A DNA stretch of 56,067 nucleotides from Bdellovibrionota bacterium FG-2 (GTDB taxonomy: Bacteria; Bdellovibrionota; UBA1018), in assembly GCA_051382305.1 (NCBI GenBank), contig JBBCAV010000224.1, forward strand, positions 1-56,067, in the 5' to 3' direction. Of this stretch, positions 9,217-18,808 are shown one piece after another. The position numbers were made by a program, and so were the translations under genes. Each line of letters opens with the position of its first letter. Position 1 is the stretch's first letter. The notes under the pieces were generated by a model. It had not been told where the DNA came from. It worked only from the letters and a program-made list of their open reading frames with translations, and did not search any database.

Positions 9217-9936
9217 CTAGTCTCTGGTACGACGTGGTTCATTAGACGCCGGCGGCCTCATAGTTAAATGGATATAACGGAGCTTTCCTAAAGCTTTGTT
9301 CCAAGTTCGATTCTTGGTGAGGCCACCATTTCCGCTCGCTAGAAAAACCATGGGATCTACGGCGTCAGGCCCAATTCTCACCTCAAAATGCAAATGAGGC
9401 CCGGTGGATCTTCCCGTATTTCCTGAGACCGCGATTTTCTGTCCCTTTTTTAGCGTCTGCCCCTCGTGCACCAAAAGTCTTGAATTATGCGCGTAGACCG
9501 TTGCCACACCGTGCTCATGTTTTAAGACCAACATATTGCCGTAGCCCCGAATGCGCTTGCCTGCATAGATGACTCGCCCCGACTGCGCGGCAATCACTGG
9601 GGTTCCGGGTTTTGCTCGAAAATCCACACCTTCATGAAAATTACGTTTTCTTTTCCCATACTCTGAAGTCACTTCATGCAGTTGAAGCGGCCAAGTCAAG
9701 TGAAGTTGGGCCGCGACTTTTCCAAGTTCGCCAAGTTCGGAAGACACCCGCGCACCCTCGGGCGCCCCGCCTCGGTGGTCCCGGTGGGAACGAGTCGTAT
9801 GAACGGAATCTCCCTCCAATTCCGCCATCAGTCCACGCCTCCCATTGGACACGGCTCGCGGCGTCGCGCAAGCAGTAAAAAGCAGTGCACAAAGAGCAAT
9901 AATCGCTACAAAGAGCCGTCCCGATTTGGCTTCCAT
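9217..9936 (-). CDS. M23 family metallopeptidase lipoprotein (NlpD-like, no LysM seen)
   Basis: Lipobox FTAC; HEGVD; GYGN; YAH; STGPHLHFEVR; follows surE. Confidence 0.9.
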   Translation of the reverse strand: MEAKSGRLFVAIIALCALLFTACATPRAVSNGRRGLMAELEGDSVHTTRSHRDHRGGAPEGARVSSELGELGKVAAQLHLTWPLQLHEVTSEYGKRKRNFHEGVDFRAKPGTPVIAAQSGRVIYAGKRIRGYGNMLVLKHEHGVATVYAHNSRLLVHEGQTLKKGQKIAVSGNTGRSTGPHLHFEVRIGPDAVDPMVFLASGNGGLTKNRTWNKALGKLRYIHLTMRPPASNEPRRTRD

Positions 9937-10712
9937 TAAAATGAAATCCCCTCAAGGCCTGTTCCCCTCAAGACCCCTAAAAATGACGCGTCCGTTGCAT
10001 CAAGCTTCAGCGGCGTGAGCGATGCATACCCCGCATCCACAACATGACAATCGGAGTCCAAGTCTTTTCTAAAGCCTTTGTAATGCCCCCCCACCCAATA
10101 ATAGTCTTTTCCCCGGTGGTCTTTGCGCCTCAAGATGCTGCCACTGTAGTAGCGAAACCCCTGATGAGCCACACGCAAGCCTCGAACTTTATTAAGCGGC
10201 AGATCCGGGACATTGAGATTCAAAAGCGTATGATTAGGAAACGCCAAAGGATCCATTGTTTTTAGAATTTTTAAGGCAATCTTTGCCGCTGTTGCGTAAT
10301 GAAGCTGTTTTTCAGTTTGGAACTTACTGAAATCAATTGAGAGGCTCACCGCAAATGACGGAATCCCCAGGATGCACGCTTCGCGGGCTGCCGAAACCGT
10401 GCCCGAATAATACACATCTTGGCCCAGATTTGCGCCGCGATTAATTCCTGAAACCACAAGATCGGGCATCGTTTTGAGCACCTGCCGAATCCCCAGGCAC
10501 ACACAGTCAGCAGGAGAACCACTGACACCATAAAACCGAGGTCCCATTTGAATCATTCGCAGCGGCTTATGAATAGTAAGAGAATGCCCCGTCGTACTTT
10601 TCTCTTCTAAAGGGGCGACAACCCAGACGTCTCCCAACTTCTTGAGTTCCCGATAGAGAAACTGTAATCCTTCAGCATGAACCCCATCATCGTTGGAGAG
10701 AAGAATCCTCAT
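9936..10712 (-). CDS. surE: 5'/3'-nucleotidase SurE
   Basis: ILLSNDDG, GSPADCV, SGINRGANLG, YSGTV. Confidence 0.97.
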   Translation of the reverse strand: MRILLSNDDGVHAEGLQFLYRELKKLGDVWVVAPLEEKSTTGHSLTIHKPLRMIQMGPRFYGVSGSPADCVCLGIRQVLKTMPDLVVSGINRGANLGQDVYYSGTVSAAREACILGIPSFAVSLSIDFSKFQTEKQLHYATAAKIALKILKTMDPLAFPNHTLLNLNVPDLPLNKVRGLRVAHQGFRYYSGSILRRKDHRGKDYYWVGGHYKGFRKDLDSDCHVVDAGYASLTPLKLDATDASFLGVLRGTGLEGISF

Positions 10713-10803
10713 ACCTTCGAGTTTAATGCAGGCGAGGAGCTTAAGGCAAACATTGCCGAAAAAAGAGCCGAAACGAGCAATAAAACGTCAAAATAGTGAC
10801 GAC

Positions 10804-11553
10804 TCAGAGTAACCGATAATCTCGCGCCGCTGCCGTCTTCTCAAGTTCTTTGTTCCGTGCCTCGCCTTCGGGTGTGTTGACACTCGTATAAACGCAACGC
10901 ACTCCCGAAGCCTCTAGCTCTGCACAGGCGGCAACAATAATCGAGTGAGCCAAAAGGATCGAGCTCAGAGTCGAGACCGGCCCCGCAAAAGTTTCTGGCG
11001 TAATCGGCACGAGCGCGTCCCCTGATCGGCCTCCCATATCCACAACCTGATCACAGACTTCAAATAAGCGCTTCCCCGAAGGATGTCGAGAGTTCACCGC
11101 AGTACTATGAGCCACACTCGTGAACGCTACGGTCTTGATTCCGCGGCTTTTTGAAACCAGTGCCATATCAACAACCGACGCATTGATCCCCGATTGCGAG
11201 CAAATCCAAATCATCTCCCCGGGCTTTGGCCCAAAACGATCCAAAAGAACCGACGAAGTTCCAGCGGTGCGCTCCAACATCCGCACCACCGAAGGCCCCG
11301 CGGTGGGCAGCAAATAATCCGCAACGATCGGAACGACAAACGAAGCTCCGCCTGCCCGATGATAAAGCTCCAGCGAAAACAAACCCGAATGCCCACTGCC
11401 GGAGACAAAAAGTGACCGCCCCACCCGCACATCTTCTACCAGTGCGGATTTGACCTTTTCCAAAACTTCGGCATTTTTTTCCACCAACGTGTGCAAATGG
11501 GTTAGCGCATACTCAGAATAGGATTCCACGCCGACTTTTTTTTGGTTTTGCAT
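10804..11553 (-). CDS. SIS (sugar isomerase) domain protein
   Basis: GSGHS, RAGG, SQSGIN, SRHPSGKRLFEVCD. Confidence 0.85.
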   Translation of the reverse strand: MQNQKKVGVESYSEYALTHLHTLVEKNAEVLEKVKSALVEDVRVGRSLFVSGSGHSGLFSLELYHRAGGASFVVPIVADYLLPTAGPSVVRMLERTAGTSSVLLDRFGPKPGEMIWICSQSGINASVVDMALVSKSRGIKTVAFTSVAHSTAVNSRHPSGKRLFEVCDQVVDMGGRSGDALVPITPETFAGPVSTLSSILLAHSIIVAACAELEASGVRCVYTSVNTPEGEARNKELEKTAAARDYRLL

Positions 11554-11567
11554 TGATGCACCTTTTT

Positions 11568-13952
11568 TTATTTAGAACCACTCATATTATTGCTTAACTC
11601 CGTCAACCCACCAAAACCCGCACCCGTGAGATTAAGAGCCAGATCCAACGCCGTGACCCACCCCGTGCCAGTCGTGAAACTTGTCCCCCAAGAAACCAAC
11701 CAACACTTCGAAGGCCCCGTAAAGCCCAGACTAAAACTTCCGCCGTTGAATTCTTTTTTCAGTAAATTATAATTGGCCGACATCCCCGTGCCCAAATAGT
11801 CGTTGATCCGAAAACCCAAAGATATAATTGGATTTGAGGTTCCACAAAAAGGCTCATCGGCTCTGCAGTTCACCCGACTGTAGGTATAAGTCAGCCCAAG
11901 ACTCGGCGAATTGGGATTATCAAAAACATACCCGGCGCCGATGGTGATCGTGTTTCGTCGCATCGTCGCATACGGAAAATATTGGTGCCCCGCCGTGAAA
12001 GTGAACGCGCCTAGGTTAAACCAAAGATTCGAGTTAAACGTTGAAAGCGGCTGCCGCTGTCCCTCCGGTTTATAAAGCTCCCTCAAGTTAATGGTCTCAC
12101 CCGCGCCGACCTCAATAAGCTTCAAGTAACTTGCACTAGCAGTCATTGGACTCATTCGCCGAAAAATCTGCGTTCTCAATCCCGTCGTAATCGAGTTCCC
12201 CAACGGCACAAAGCCTGTTGCGCCCGTCATGACCGGAAGATTATCGATAGGAACAAAATCGTTACTATCAAAATTGTAACCATAAAAGTTCTGACTCTTA
12301 GCGTAATCCATTTGACTGACAAAAGGGTGACTCTTATCTTCTCTCACCCAACGAAGCGGAATATAATTGTGAGTCAACTCAGGACGCACCACGTGTTTCA
12401 CGCGAGGAACATCGACATCGCTCGTTTCATAAATCTTCTCGACCTGTGCCAAAAAGTTGGTCTGCATTAGAGGGTAACTTCGATAAAGATTTGGAACCGG
12501 GGACCCCTCAAAAGAATAATAATACTGCCGATAGGAAACCGACGGCACCACACTGAACAAATCCCAAGGACGAATGGATGTGGTAATCGTCGGTGCTAAA
12601 GAAACACGGGTAGCTTTTCGGATCGGGTCAATGCCCGGAGCAAATGCCAAAGAATCCAAACCCGCCTTCGTCGCCGCATCTACTCGCGTGGGATCGTAAT
12701 CAAAAAATCCCGCACTCCGAGTAAAATTCGCCGCACGCATCGCAATGCCAAGCGAGAACGGTGAATCTGCCATCACCCGGTCATGAAGGGTAACGCCCAC
12801 CTCTGGAGTCACCTGCACGGCTTTTGGATCAAAAGTCGTGACTTGAATTCTGGGATCAGGATTCTCATAAATCAAATTCCGAATTCGCCGGAAACGCAGA
12901 GAACTTCCCCAATCGTGCTGGGGCCTCATCAGCGCTAAATCGGAGGCGATATAGGACTCCGAGCCTCCGCGGACATCTCCAATATTCAAGGCATAGAGGT
13001 TATCACTCACTTCGGTAAACCTTAACTTCTCAGAAATTCCAAATGGGAGTACTTGCTCTTGCTTCAAATTGAGCGCCCAACGATTCCGCGCCGGAGGGAA
13101 ACCTCCTGGAAAAAGGGGTTCGCCGTTAAACGACTCATCTTTGTAAGCATCCCAAAACTTTCGATCTCGGATCACATAAACATTCGCATCGATGTATCCC
13201 CTTTGAAACCGCGTGCGCCCCTCCCACGTCCCGCGTGTTCCATTGTTAGCGTACTCCCCTAACGAAAACGTCATGTCCGAGTTATCGCTAATGGCCCAAA
13301 AATAGGGAATCATCAAGATCAAACCAAAACTGCCGTTATCCAATACCCCGCCCACCTGAGGAAACAAGAATCCCGACTGACGACGCTTCTTCATGGGCAA
13401 AATCATATACGGAAACCAGGCTCCCGGGACGTCTTTGAGCTTCACCGTGACATCTGACATGTATGCATACCCGTCGACTTCCATGTCCACGTCACGGGAT
13501 CTGAGCGTCCAACTCTGAGGACAATCCTGGCAAGTCGTGTACTCGCCCCAGTGAGTCTGAAACCGACTATCACTGAGCTTGTTGATACGCTCACCGGTCA
13601 GGGCATAAGCATTATTCGTGACCCGACCCGCAATCACCGTTCCGGTGTGCGTATCGAGATTAAAATGCATTTCTTCGCCATAAATAATAGTATCGGCGGT
13701 GACATAGACGCAATTTCCACGCGCATCCATGGTCCGACCATTCATATCTAAAAGAGCGTAATCCGAAGTGAGCGTCTCGCCAGGCTGAATCACCACAACA
13801 TGTCCGAAAAGTTCCACTCGGTTTGCTTTACGATCCCAAACTTCGCGATCGCCTGAGGAGTGCATAGGCTGACCTTCAGTGATCGCCCAGGCAGGAACCC
13901 CCGCAATACATAGCAAAAAAAGTGCCCGAAAACATTGTACGCAAACTCGCAT
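11568..13952 (-). CDS. lptD: LPS assembly outer-membrane protein LptD
   Basis: OstA-like N-terminus, YTTC..CP.SW, RQSGFLFP, PYFWAI, late CW; ATG overlaps the accD stop (TAATG). Confidence 0.88.
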   Translation of the reverse strand: MRVCVQCFRALFLLCIAGVPAWAITEGQPMHSSGDREVWDRKANRVELFGHVVVIQPGETLTSDYALLDMNGRTMDARGNCVYVTADTIIYGEEMHFNLDTHTGTVIAGRVTNNAYALTGERINKLSDSRFQTHWGEYTTCQDCPQSWTLRSRDVDMEVDGYAYMSDVTVKLKDVPGAWFPYMILPMKKRRQSGFLFPQVGGVLDNGSFGLILMIPYFWAISDNSDMTFSLGEYANNGTRGTWEGRTRFQRGYIDANVYVIRDRKFWDAYKDESFNGEPLFPGGFPPARNRWALNLKQEQVLPFGISEKLRFTEVSDNLYALNIGDVRGGSESYIASDLALMRPQHDWGSSLRFRRIRNLIYENPDPRIQVTTFDPKAVQVTPEVGVTLHDRVMADSPFSLGIAMRAANFTRSAGFFDYDPTRVDAATKAGLDSLAFAPGIDPIRKATRVSLAPTITTSIRPWDLFSVVPSVSYRQYYYSFEGSPVPNLYRSYPLMQTNFLAQVEKIYETSDVDVPRVKHVVRPELTHNYIPLRWVREDKSHPFVSQMDYAKSQNFYGYNFDSNDFVPIDNLPVMTGATGFVPLGNSITTGLRTQIFRRMSPMTASASYLKLIEVGAGETINLRELYKPEGQRQPLSTFNSNLWFNLGAFTFTAGHQYFPYATMRRNTITIGAGYVFDNPNSPSLGLTYTYSRVNCRADEPFCGTSNPIISLGFRINDYLGTGMSANYNLLKKEFNGGSFSLGFTGPSKCWLVSWGTSFTTGTGWVTALDLALNLTGAGFGGLTELSNNMSGSK

Positions 13953-14839
13953 TAAGAATCTTCCGTCACGCGCGAAGGGCGACAAGACTTCCGCCCCAAA
14001 ATGCCTAAAATTTGCCTAAGTTCTGTCGCCAAAAATTTTCGCGCCACCACCCGATCAAGAAAACCATGTTGCAGGAGGAACTCGCTTCGCTGAAACCCTT
14101 CCGGCAAAGCCTGCCGTATCGTCTGCTCGACCACCCGAGGCCCCGCAAAGCCAATCAGCGCAGCAGGCTCAGCCAAAATCACATCGCCCAGCATGGCAAA
14201 CGAGGCGGCCACGCCTCCTGTTGTCGGATCCGTTAAAATCGAAACGTAGGGTATCCGCGCCTTCTTTAACTCATGAACCAAAGCCGTGGTCTTCGCCATT
14301 TGCATGAGCGAGAGAATCCCTTCTTGCATTCTAGCTCCCCCAGAAGCCGTCACAATGACGGCAGGAAGTTTTTCTTTCAATGCTTTTTCAAAAACTTGAG
14401 TGACCTTCTCGCCGGCGACCACCCCCATACTGCCCCCGAGAAATCTAAAATCAAAGACTGCTAAGTGATAACTTAAGTCCGAAAGTTCGGCTTTTCCGCT
14501 AATTACGGATTCTTTAAGTCCTGTTGAACTTACCGCACTCCCCAAACGATCCCGGTAAGGCTTTAGGTCATCAAACTTCAAAGGATCATTCGAAGTGAGG
14601 TCTTGAGCGTATTCTTTGAACTTCCCGTCATCGCACAAAAGAGAAACCCGCTCCCAGGCGGTGATCCTAAAATGGAAACCACATTCCGGGCACACTTGCA
14701 GTGCCTCCCGTAAGACTTTTGTCTGAATGATCTCGCCGCAGCGAACACACTTCTCCCACATCCCTTCTGGGATTTTCGAAGGACGATGGGATAAAGTCGA
14801 TTTTATCCTCGGAGTTTTTAGATCATCAAACCAAGTCAT
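13952..14839 (-). CDS. accD: Acetyl-CoA carboxylase carboxyltransferase beta subunit
   Basis: C4 zinc finger; GGSMG; SGGARMQEG; PTTGGVAASFA; GFAGPRV. Confidence 0.97.
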   Translation of the reverse strand: MTWFDDLKTPRIKSTLSHRPSKIPEGMWEKCVRCGEIIQTKVLREALQVCPECGFHFRITAWERVSLLCDDGKFKEYAQDLTSNDPLKFDDLKPYRDRLGSAVSSTGLKESVISGKAELSDLSYHLAVFDFRFLGGSMGVVAGEKVTQVFEKALKEKLPAVIVTASGGARMQEGILSLMQMAKTTALVHELKKARIPYVSILTDPTTGGVAASFAMLGDVILAEPAALIGFAGPRVVEQTIRQALPEGFQRSEFLLQHGFLDRVVARKFLATELRQILGILGRKSCRPSRVTEDS

Positions 14840-15497
14840 TTGTCTGTGGCAAAAACCTATCAGGCAAACGCTTGGGAATCAAAAAAAAAGCCTTCACGAC
14901 ATGATGATCAAATTGAGTCCCCGCCGACACTAAAATAGCTTCAGCCGCATCCGGAACCCCTAGTGGCTGGTGATAAGGCCGGCGATTAGCCAGTGCATCA
15001 AAAGCATCAACCACAGCAATAATCCGGGAAAAAAGAGGAATTTGTTCGCGTTCTAAGCCAAAAGGATATCCGCGACCATCCCACCTTTCGTGGTGATACC
15101 TCACCGCGTGGCAGATTCGAGGGCCTACACCTTTTTTTTGCAGAAGTTCAAATCCACGCTCCGGATGTGTCTTCATAACCCGCTGTTCCGATGTCTCGAG
15201 GGTACTGGGTTTGTTCAAGATCGCGTCTTCGATCTGAATTTTCCCGATATCGTGCAAAAAACCAGAAAGCCACAGATCTCGAAGGGCAAAATCATCGAAA
15301 CCCAGCTTTCGCCCGAGCGCCACTGCCGCATTTGCCACGCGAAAAGCGTGACGAGCCGTACATTCATCTTTTGCCCAAAGCTGATTCACCATATGATTCA
15401 TCAGTGATTTGAGCTCAAATTCGCGCGAAGCTAAGAACTCGGTGCCGTTGGGGCCTAGATTTGGAACGAAAATTGAAGTTGAATGTGGGGTCTGCAT
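14826..15497 (-). CDS. Stand-alone HD-GYP phosphodiesterase
   Basis: HDIGK, HHERWDGRGYP, VDAFDA, RPY. Start uncertain (ATG 15497 or TTG 15521). Confidence 0.9.
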   Translation of the reverse strand: MQTPHSTSIFVPNLGPNGTEFLASREFELKSLMNHMVNQLWAKDECTARHAFRVANAAVALGRKLGFDDFALRDLWLSGFLHDIGKIQIEDAILNKPSTLETSEQRVMKTHPERGFELLQKKGVGPRICHAVRYHHERWDGRGYPFGLEREQIPLFSRIIAVVDAFDALANRRPYHQPLGVPDAAEAILVSAGTQFDHHVVKAFFLIPKRLPDRFLPQTNDLV

Positions 15498-15519
15498 GGG
15501 GTGCGTGGGCCTCCGGCCC

Positions 15520-15563
15520 AAAAAAATTGCCCCAGTGAAACATCATCCTAATGCCACTGAGGC
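15520..15563 (-). terminator. Intrinsic terminator-like hairpin upstream of the HD-GYP gene
   Basis: Minus strand GCCTCAGTG...CACTGGGGC stem followed by AATTTTTTT. Confidence 0.55.
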
Positions 15564-15631
15564 CCGCGAGAGTTTAATTTTCTTCTCCCTTTGAATCCTT
15601 CCGTGGACTCAACCACAACCACACACTTATT

Positions 15632-15659
15632 AGTCTACGGGGGATATTGCTGGCGTCAA
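15632..15659 (-). promoter_or_regulatory. Sigma70-like promoter
   Basis: TTGACG-N16-TAGACT; the -35 overlaps the rsmI stop codon. Confidence 0.6.
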
Positions 15660-16597
15660 TCCCCCTCATCGTTTTTTTCAATTTTTTTTTCAGATATTTT
15701 CGCAAAAAGCCGAAGAGCCCGCTCGTAAATCTCTTTTCGAGACGGGCTTCGCGCGCCTTGTGGCGCGCCAAAATGTTGGCTAATCGTTCGCACACTCTCT
15801 GAAACAGAGACGCCAGCACCGATGAGACACTCCAAAGTCTTAACCCAACCTAAACTTTCACTCACAGCATCTGGTTCAACATGTGGCAACTCCACAGCAA
15901 AACACCACTCTCCAATTTCACCGTTTTCTTGGATTTCCTGAACAATTGCCGTGTGCACCTGCGTTGCAACGCCCGCAAAAAACTTTTCATGGAGCTTCGT
16001 CATCTCTTTGCCCACGACTAAGCGCGCATCGGGCAAGCGCTCAGCAATAAAACCTAAACTCTCCAAAATTCGTTTCGGGCTCTCAAACCAAATCGCAACC
16101 GTGATCAAGCGATGGGTTTGTAGCGTTTCCATCATTTCGGTTTTTTCGCGCTTACTTCGGGGGAAAAAGCCAAAGAAGGCGAAGGAATTGCCCTCAAAGC
16201 CTGAAACACTGAGCAGAGTCGCGACCGCCGAAGGCCCCGGAATCGGCGTCACACAAATCCCCGCATCATGAGCTAAAGCCACTACTTTTGCGCCAGGATC
16301 ACTGATCCCGGGAGTACCTGCATCGGAGACAAGTGCGAAACTCCCCCCCTTCTTCAAACGCTCAACCACTGAATTGACCTGCGCAGCGCTCGCATGTGCA
16401 TCGAGCCGCTCCAAGCGCCCTTGGATTTCAAATGCCCTCAACAGATTCAGCGTGCGACGCGTGTCTTCGCACAAAATAGCATCAGCACTCGAAAGCGCCT
16501 GCAGAGCACGAGGGGGCATATCCCCCAGGTTCCCTAGGGGAGTTGCCACGACCCAAAGCCCACTGGGCAAAACATGCCTCTTGGTTTGATCACTCAC
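15656..16597 (-). CDS. rsmI: 16S rRNA C1402 2'-O-methyltransferase
   Basis: VATPLGNLGD, CEDTR, VSDAGTPGISDPG, PGPSA, FESPKR, KEMTKLHE. Confidence 0.96.
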   Translation of the reverse strand: MSDQTKRHVLPSGLWVVATPLGNLGDMPPRALQALSSADAILCEDTRRTLNLLRAFEIQGRLERLDAHASAAQVNSVVERLKKGGSFALVSDAGTPGISDPGAKVVALAHDAGICVTPIPGPSAVATLLSVSGFEGNSFAFFGFFPRSKREKTEMMETLQTHRLITVAIWFESPKRILESLGFIAERLPDARLVVGKEMTKLHEKFFAGVATQVHTAIVQEIQENGEIGEWCFAVELPHVEPDAVSESLGWVKTLECLIGAGVSVSESVRTISQHFGAPQGARSPSRKEIYERALRLFAKISEKKIEKNDEGD

Positions 16598-16633
16598 AAT
16601 AGGGATAATAGCTACTTGAGGGGGAGAGATAAA

Positions 16634-16990
16634 ATGAAAACAGACATTAAGAAGATGGGCGACACGATTATTGTTTCAATGGAGGGAAAACTTGATTTTG
16701 AAACGGCGATTCCACTGCGAGAAAACCTAGGTAAACTCTCCAAACAGCATCGCACCGACTCCACGGCCAAAAAAATAATCTTTGATCTCGAAAATCTCGA
16801 GTTCGTGGGATCAAGCGGGATCTCCTCCTTCATCCAGACTTTGCGAGAGTTTAACTCCACGGCATGCCTCAAGCCCCGCTACTGCAACGTCAAAAACGAA
16901 TTTCAAAAAGTGATTCGGGCTTTTGATGAAGAAGAGCGTTTCGAGTTCCACGAAACGCAAGACAAAGCTCGCAAAAGCTTTGACCAATAG
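16634..16990 (+). CDS. STAS domain anti-sigma factor antagonist
   Basis: GKLDF...IIFDLENLEFVGSSGI; SD-like gggga upstream of ATG 16634. Confidence 0.9.
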   Translation: MKTDIKKMGDTIIVSMEGKLDFETAIPLRENLGKLSKQHRTDSTAKKIIFDLENLEFVGSSGISSFIQTLREFNSTACLKPRYCNVKNEFQKVIRAFDEEERFEFHETQDKARKSFDQ

Positions 16991-17014
16991 TACCCTAGGG
17001 TACGAGAGTTGCCG

Positions 17015-17422
17015 CTAAAAGCTCAGCACTTCAAAAGAGACAAGAACCGTATGAGTTGAATCCCCTACCGGCATCGCGCCTGGTGGCACGGAAGGCCCTC
17101 GTGTGTGGATGAGCTCCGGCTCGTCCGCATTCGGCCGAAACGGATTGTAAGGATCTTCAGGATGGCTGGCGTAGTAAAACCCCGCTAAGATCCCAGCATA
17201 GAGCCCAAGAGAGCTTCCAATAAAAACGGTTCTTGGCTTCTTTGAAAAAGAAAGACTGGCAAGCCCTAGTATTGTCCCGCCGACAATACCGTACTCGCCA
17301 CACTTGATCACCGTGGCCACACTTTGATCAAGAGCATAGGATTTCAGGGGGCAAAACAATGCCCCGCCCAGTAGCCCCACGATGATCAAAGTAAACGCCT
17401 GAAGTTTTCTTAAGCAGCTCAT
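17015..17422 (-). CDS. Hypothetical secreted/membrane protein with Gly-rich helices
   Basis: Signal-like N-terminus and GxxxG-rich segments; start uncertain. Confidence 0.6.
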   Translation of the reverse strand: MSCLRKLQAFTLIIVGLLGGALFCPLKSYALDQSVATVIKCGEYGIVGGTILGLASLSFSKKPRTVFIGSSLGLYAGILAGFYYASHPEDPYNPFRPNADEPELIHTRGPSVPPGAMPVGDSTHTVLVSFEVLSF

Positions 17423-17511
17423 GGCTAACGCCAGTCTCTCAAGGCTTATGCGTCCGGTCAACTCTCTTGGAGAAATACCCATTACCAAGATTCAAACGAC
17501 CACTAATGGTT

Positions 17512-17706
17512 CACTATCCAAATTCCGGAATTCATCGGAAACCTTGTAAAGCAGGATAGCACTGAGGCGCATAGCATCCGATGGCGAGAAGTAGCGCGTT
17601 TACGATTAACTAGGTGTTTCTTAACAGAAAAATTTAGGGAGGTGGCATCATCCTCACGCGAATCCTCGTAAAGAGAATTCCCATCTATTCCGGAAATTGG
17701 ATAGTG
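17512..17706. mobile_element. 195-bp MITE-like element bounded by 20-bp inverted repeats
   Basis: cactatccaaattccggaat (17512-17531) vs the reverse complement of 17687-17706 (cactatccaatttccggaat): 19/20 match. No long ORF and no clear target-site duplication. Confidence 0.55.
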
Positions 17707-17748
17707 TCGATTAAAGATTTTCCTGGAAAGATGCTTTCTTTGCCTTCT

Positions 17749-18144
17749 CTATAAACACACCGCATTTTGAACATGAGACCAGCTCCGGCCATCCCAAGCC
17801 ATGACATCGATGCGAATCGACTGAGCCAGCCCCTCATATCTCAACAAAAAAGCGGCAAGCGCACGCCGCAATTTTCGCTGTTTAACCCCATCCACACTTT
17901 CTAACCCATCGACCCAACTGCCTTGCTGCCTTGCGCGCACCTCGACCACGACAAGCTCCAACTCCCCCGTCGCAAGCCATTGTTCAAAGACAAGATCCAG
18001 CTCGCCCCCTCGAACTGAAAAATTCTGGGCAATGGGTTTCAGCAAGCCGCCGGGATTTCTAGAAACCAGCCACTCAAGGGCCTGCGCTTCAAACTGGGAA
18101 CCGATCTCGCGGGTTGAACTCATCCCTACGAGCACTGCACGCAT
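17749..18144 (-). CDS. yraN: YraN family (UPF0102) endonuclease-like protein
   Basis: G..FE..A, NF...GELDLV, VEVRAR, KQ, RIDV; follows rnhB. Confidence 0.88.
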   Translation of the reverse strand: MRAVLVGMSSTREIGSQFEAQALEWLVSRNPGGLLKPIAQNFSVRGGELDLVFEQWLATGELELVVVEVRARQQGSWVDGLESVDGVKQRKLRRALAAFLLRYEGLAQSIRIDVMAWDGRSWSHVQNAVCL

Positions 18145-18163
18145 TAGGCCACTTTACGCCACC

Positions 18164-18805
18164 CTAAACCAAAAGCGAGGCCACCGGACCAAACGTTTTA
18201 CGATGAATTCCGGTCACGCCGAGCCTCTTCAAAGATTCCACATGAACAGAAGTAGGATACCCCTTATGCACGGCAAATCCATAACCCGGATACTCTTGCT
18301 CAAGCGCCACCATCAGGCGATCGCGCGAGACTTTTGCTAGAATCGATGCGGCCGCAATGCTCAAGCACCGAAGATCGCCCTTGACGATGGCCGTACCACT
18401 CACGCCCAAAGGCCCAAACCCTTTGGGCACAAATTTGCCATCCACCAAGATGTGATCGGGCTTAACCCCGAGACCCTCCACGGACCGAACCATGGACAAG
18501 TGGGCCGCATAATGGATGTTGAGCTGGTCGATTTCTTCGGGACTCGCCATCCCTACTGCCCAAGCCCCCGCCCAATTTTGGATTTTGGGAAACAACTCTT
18601 CGCGCTTTTCAGCACTGAGCTTTTTGCTGTCTTTAATATAAGAAAGCCACGGATCGGTCTCAAACGACACGACACGTGGCAACACTACGCTTGCTGAGAC
18701 AACGGGCCCCGCAAGGCAACCGCGTCCCGCTTCATCTACACCCGCAATAAAACGCGCGGGAAATCCTGCTTGAGTTTCAAACTCTAAAGTAGGCTTTTGC
18801 TGCAA
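18164..18805 (-). CDS. rnhB: Ribonuclease HII
   Basis: AGVDEAGRGCLAGPV, DSKKL, KGD, IAAASILAKV, HKGYPT. Confidence 0.97.
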   Translation of the reverse strand: MQQKPTLEFETQAGFPARFIAGVDEAGRGCLAGPVVSASVVLPRVVSFETDPWLSYIKDSKKLSAEKREELFPKIQNWAGAWAVGMASPEEIDQLNIHYAAHLSMVRSVEGLGVKPDHILVDGKFVPKGFGPLGVSGTAIVKGDLRCLSIAAASILAKVSRDRLMVALEQEYPGYGFAVHKGYPTSVHVESLKRLGVTGIHRKTFGPVASLLV

Positions 18806-18808
18806 AGA

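Noticed and set aside
15520-15630. c-di-GMP-I (GEMM) riboswitch upstream of HD-GYP
   Set aside because: No GGCAAAC...GAAA...GACGCAAAG-type consensus seen; the GGA-loop interpretation fits better.
17490-17748. RNase P RNA, 6S RNA or retron msr-msd in the gap near yraN/rsmI
   Set aside because: No GAGGAAAGTCC or CAGAACCCGGCTTA-type RNase P signatures; no continuous rod pairing or usual gene context for 6S; no reverse transcriptase in the window.
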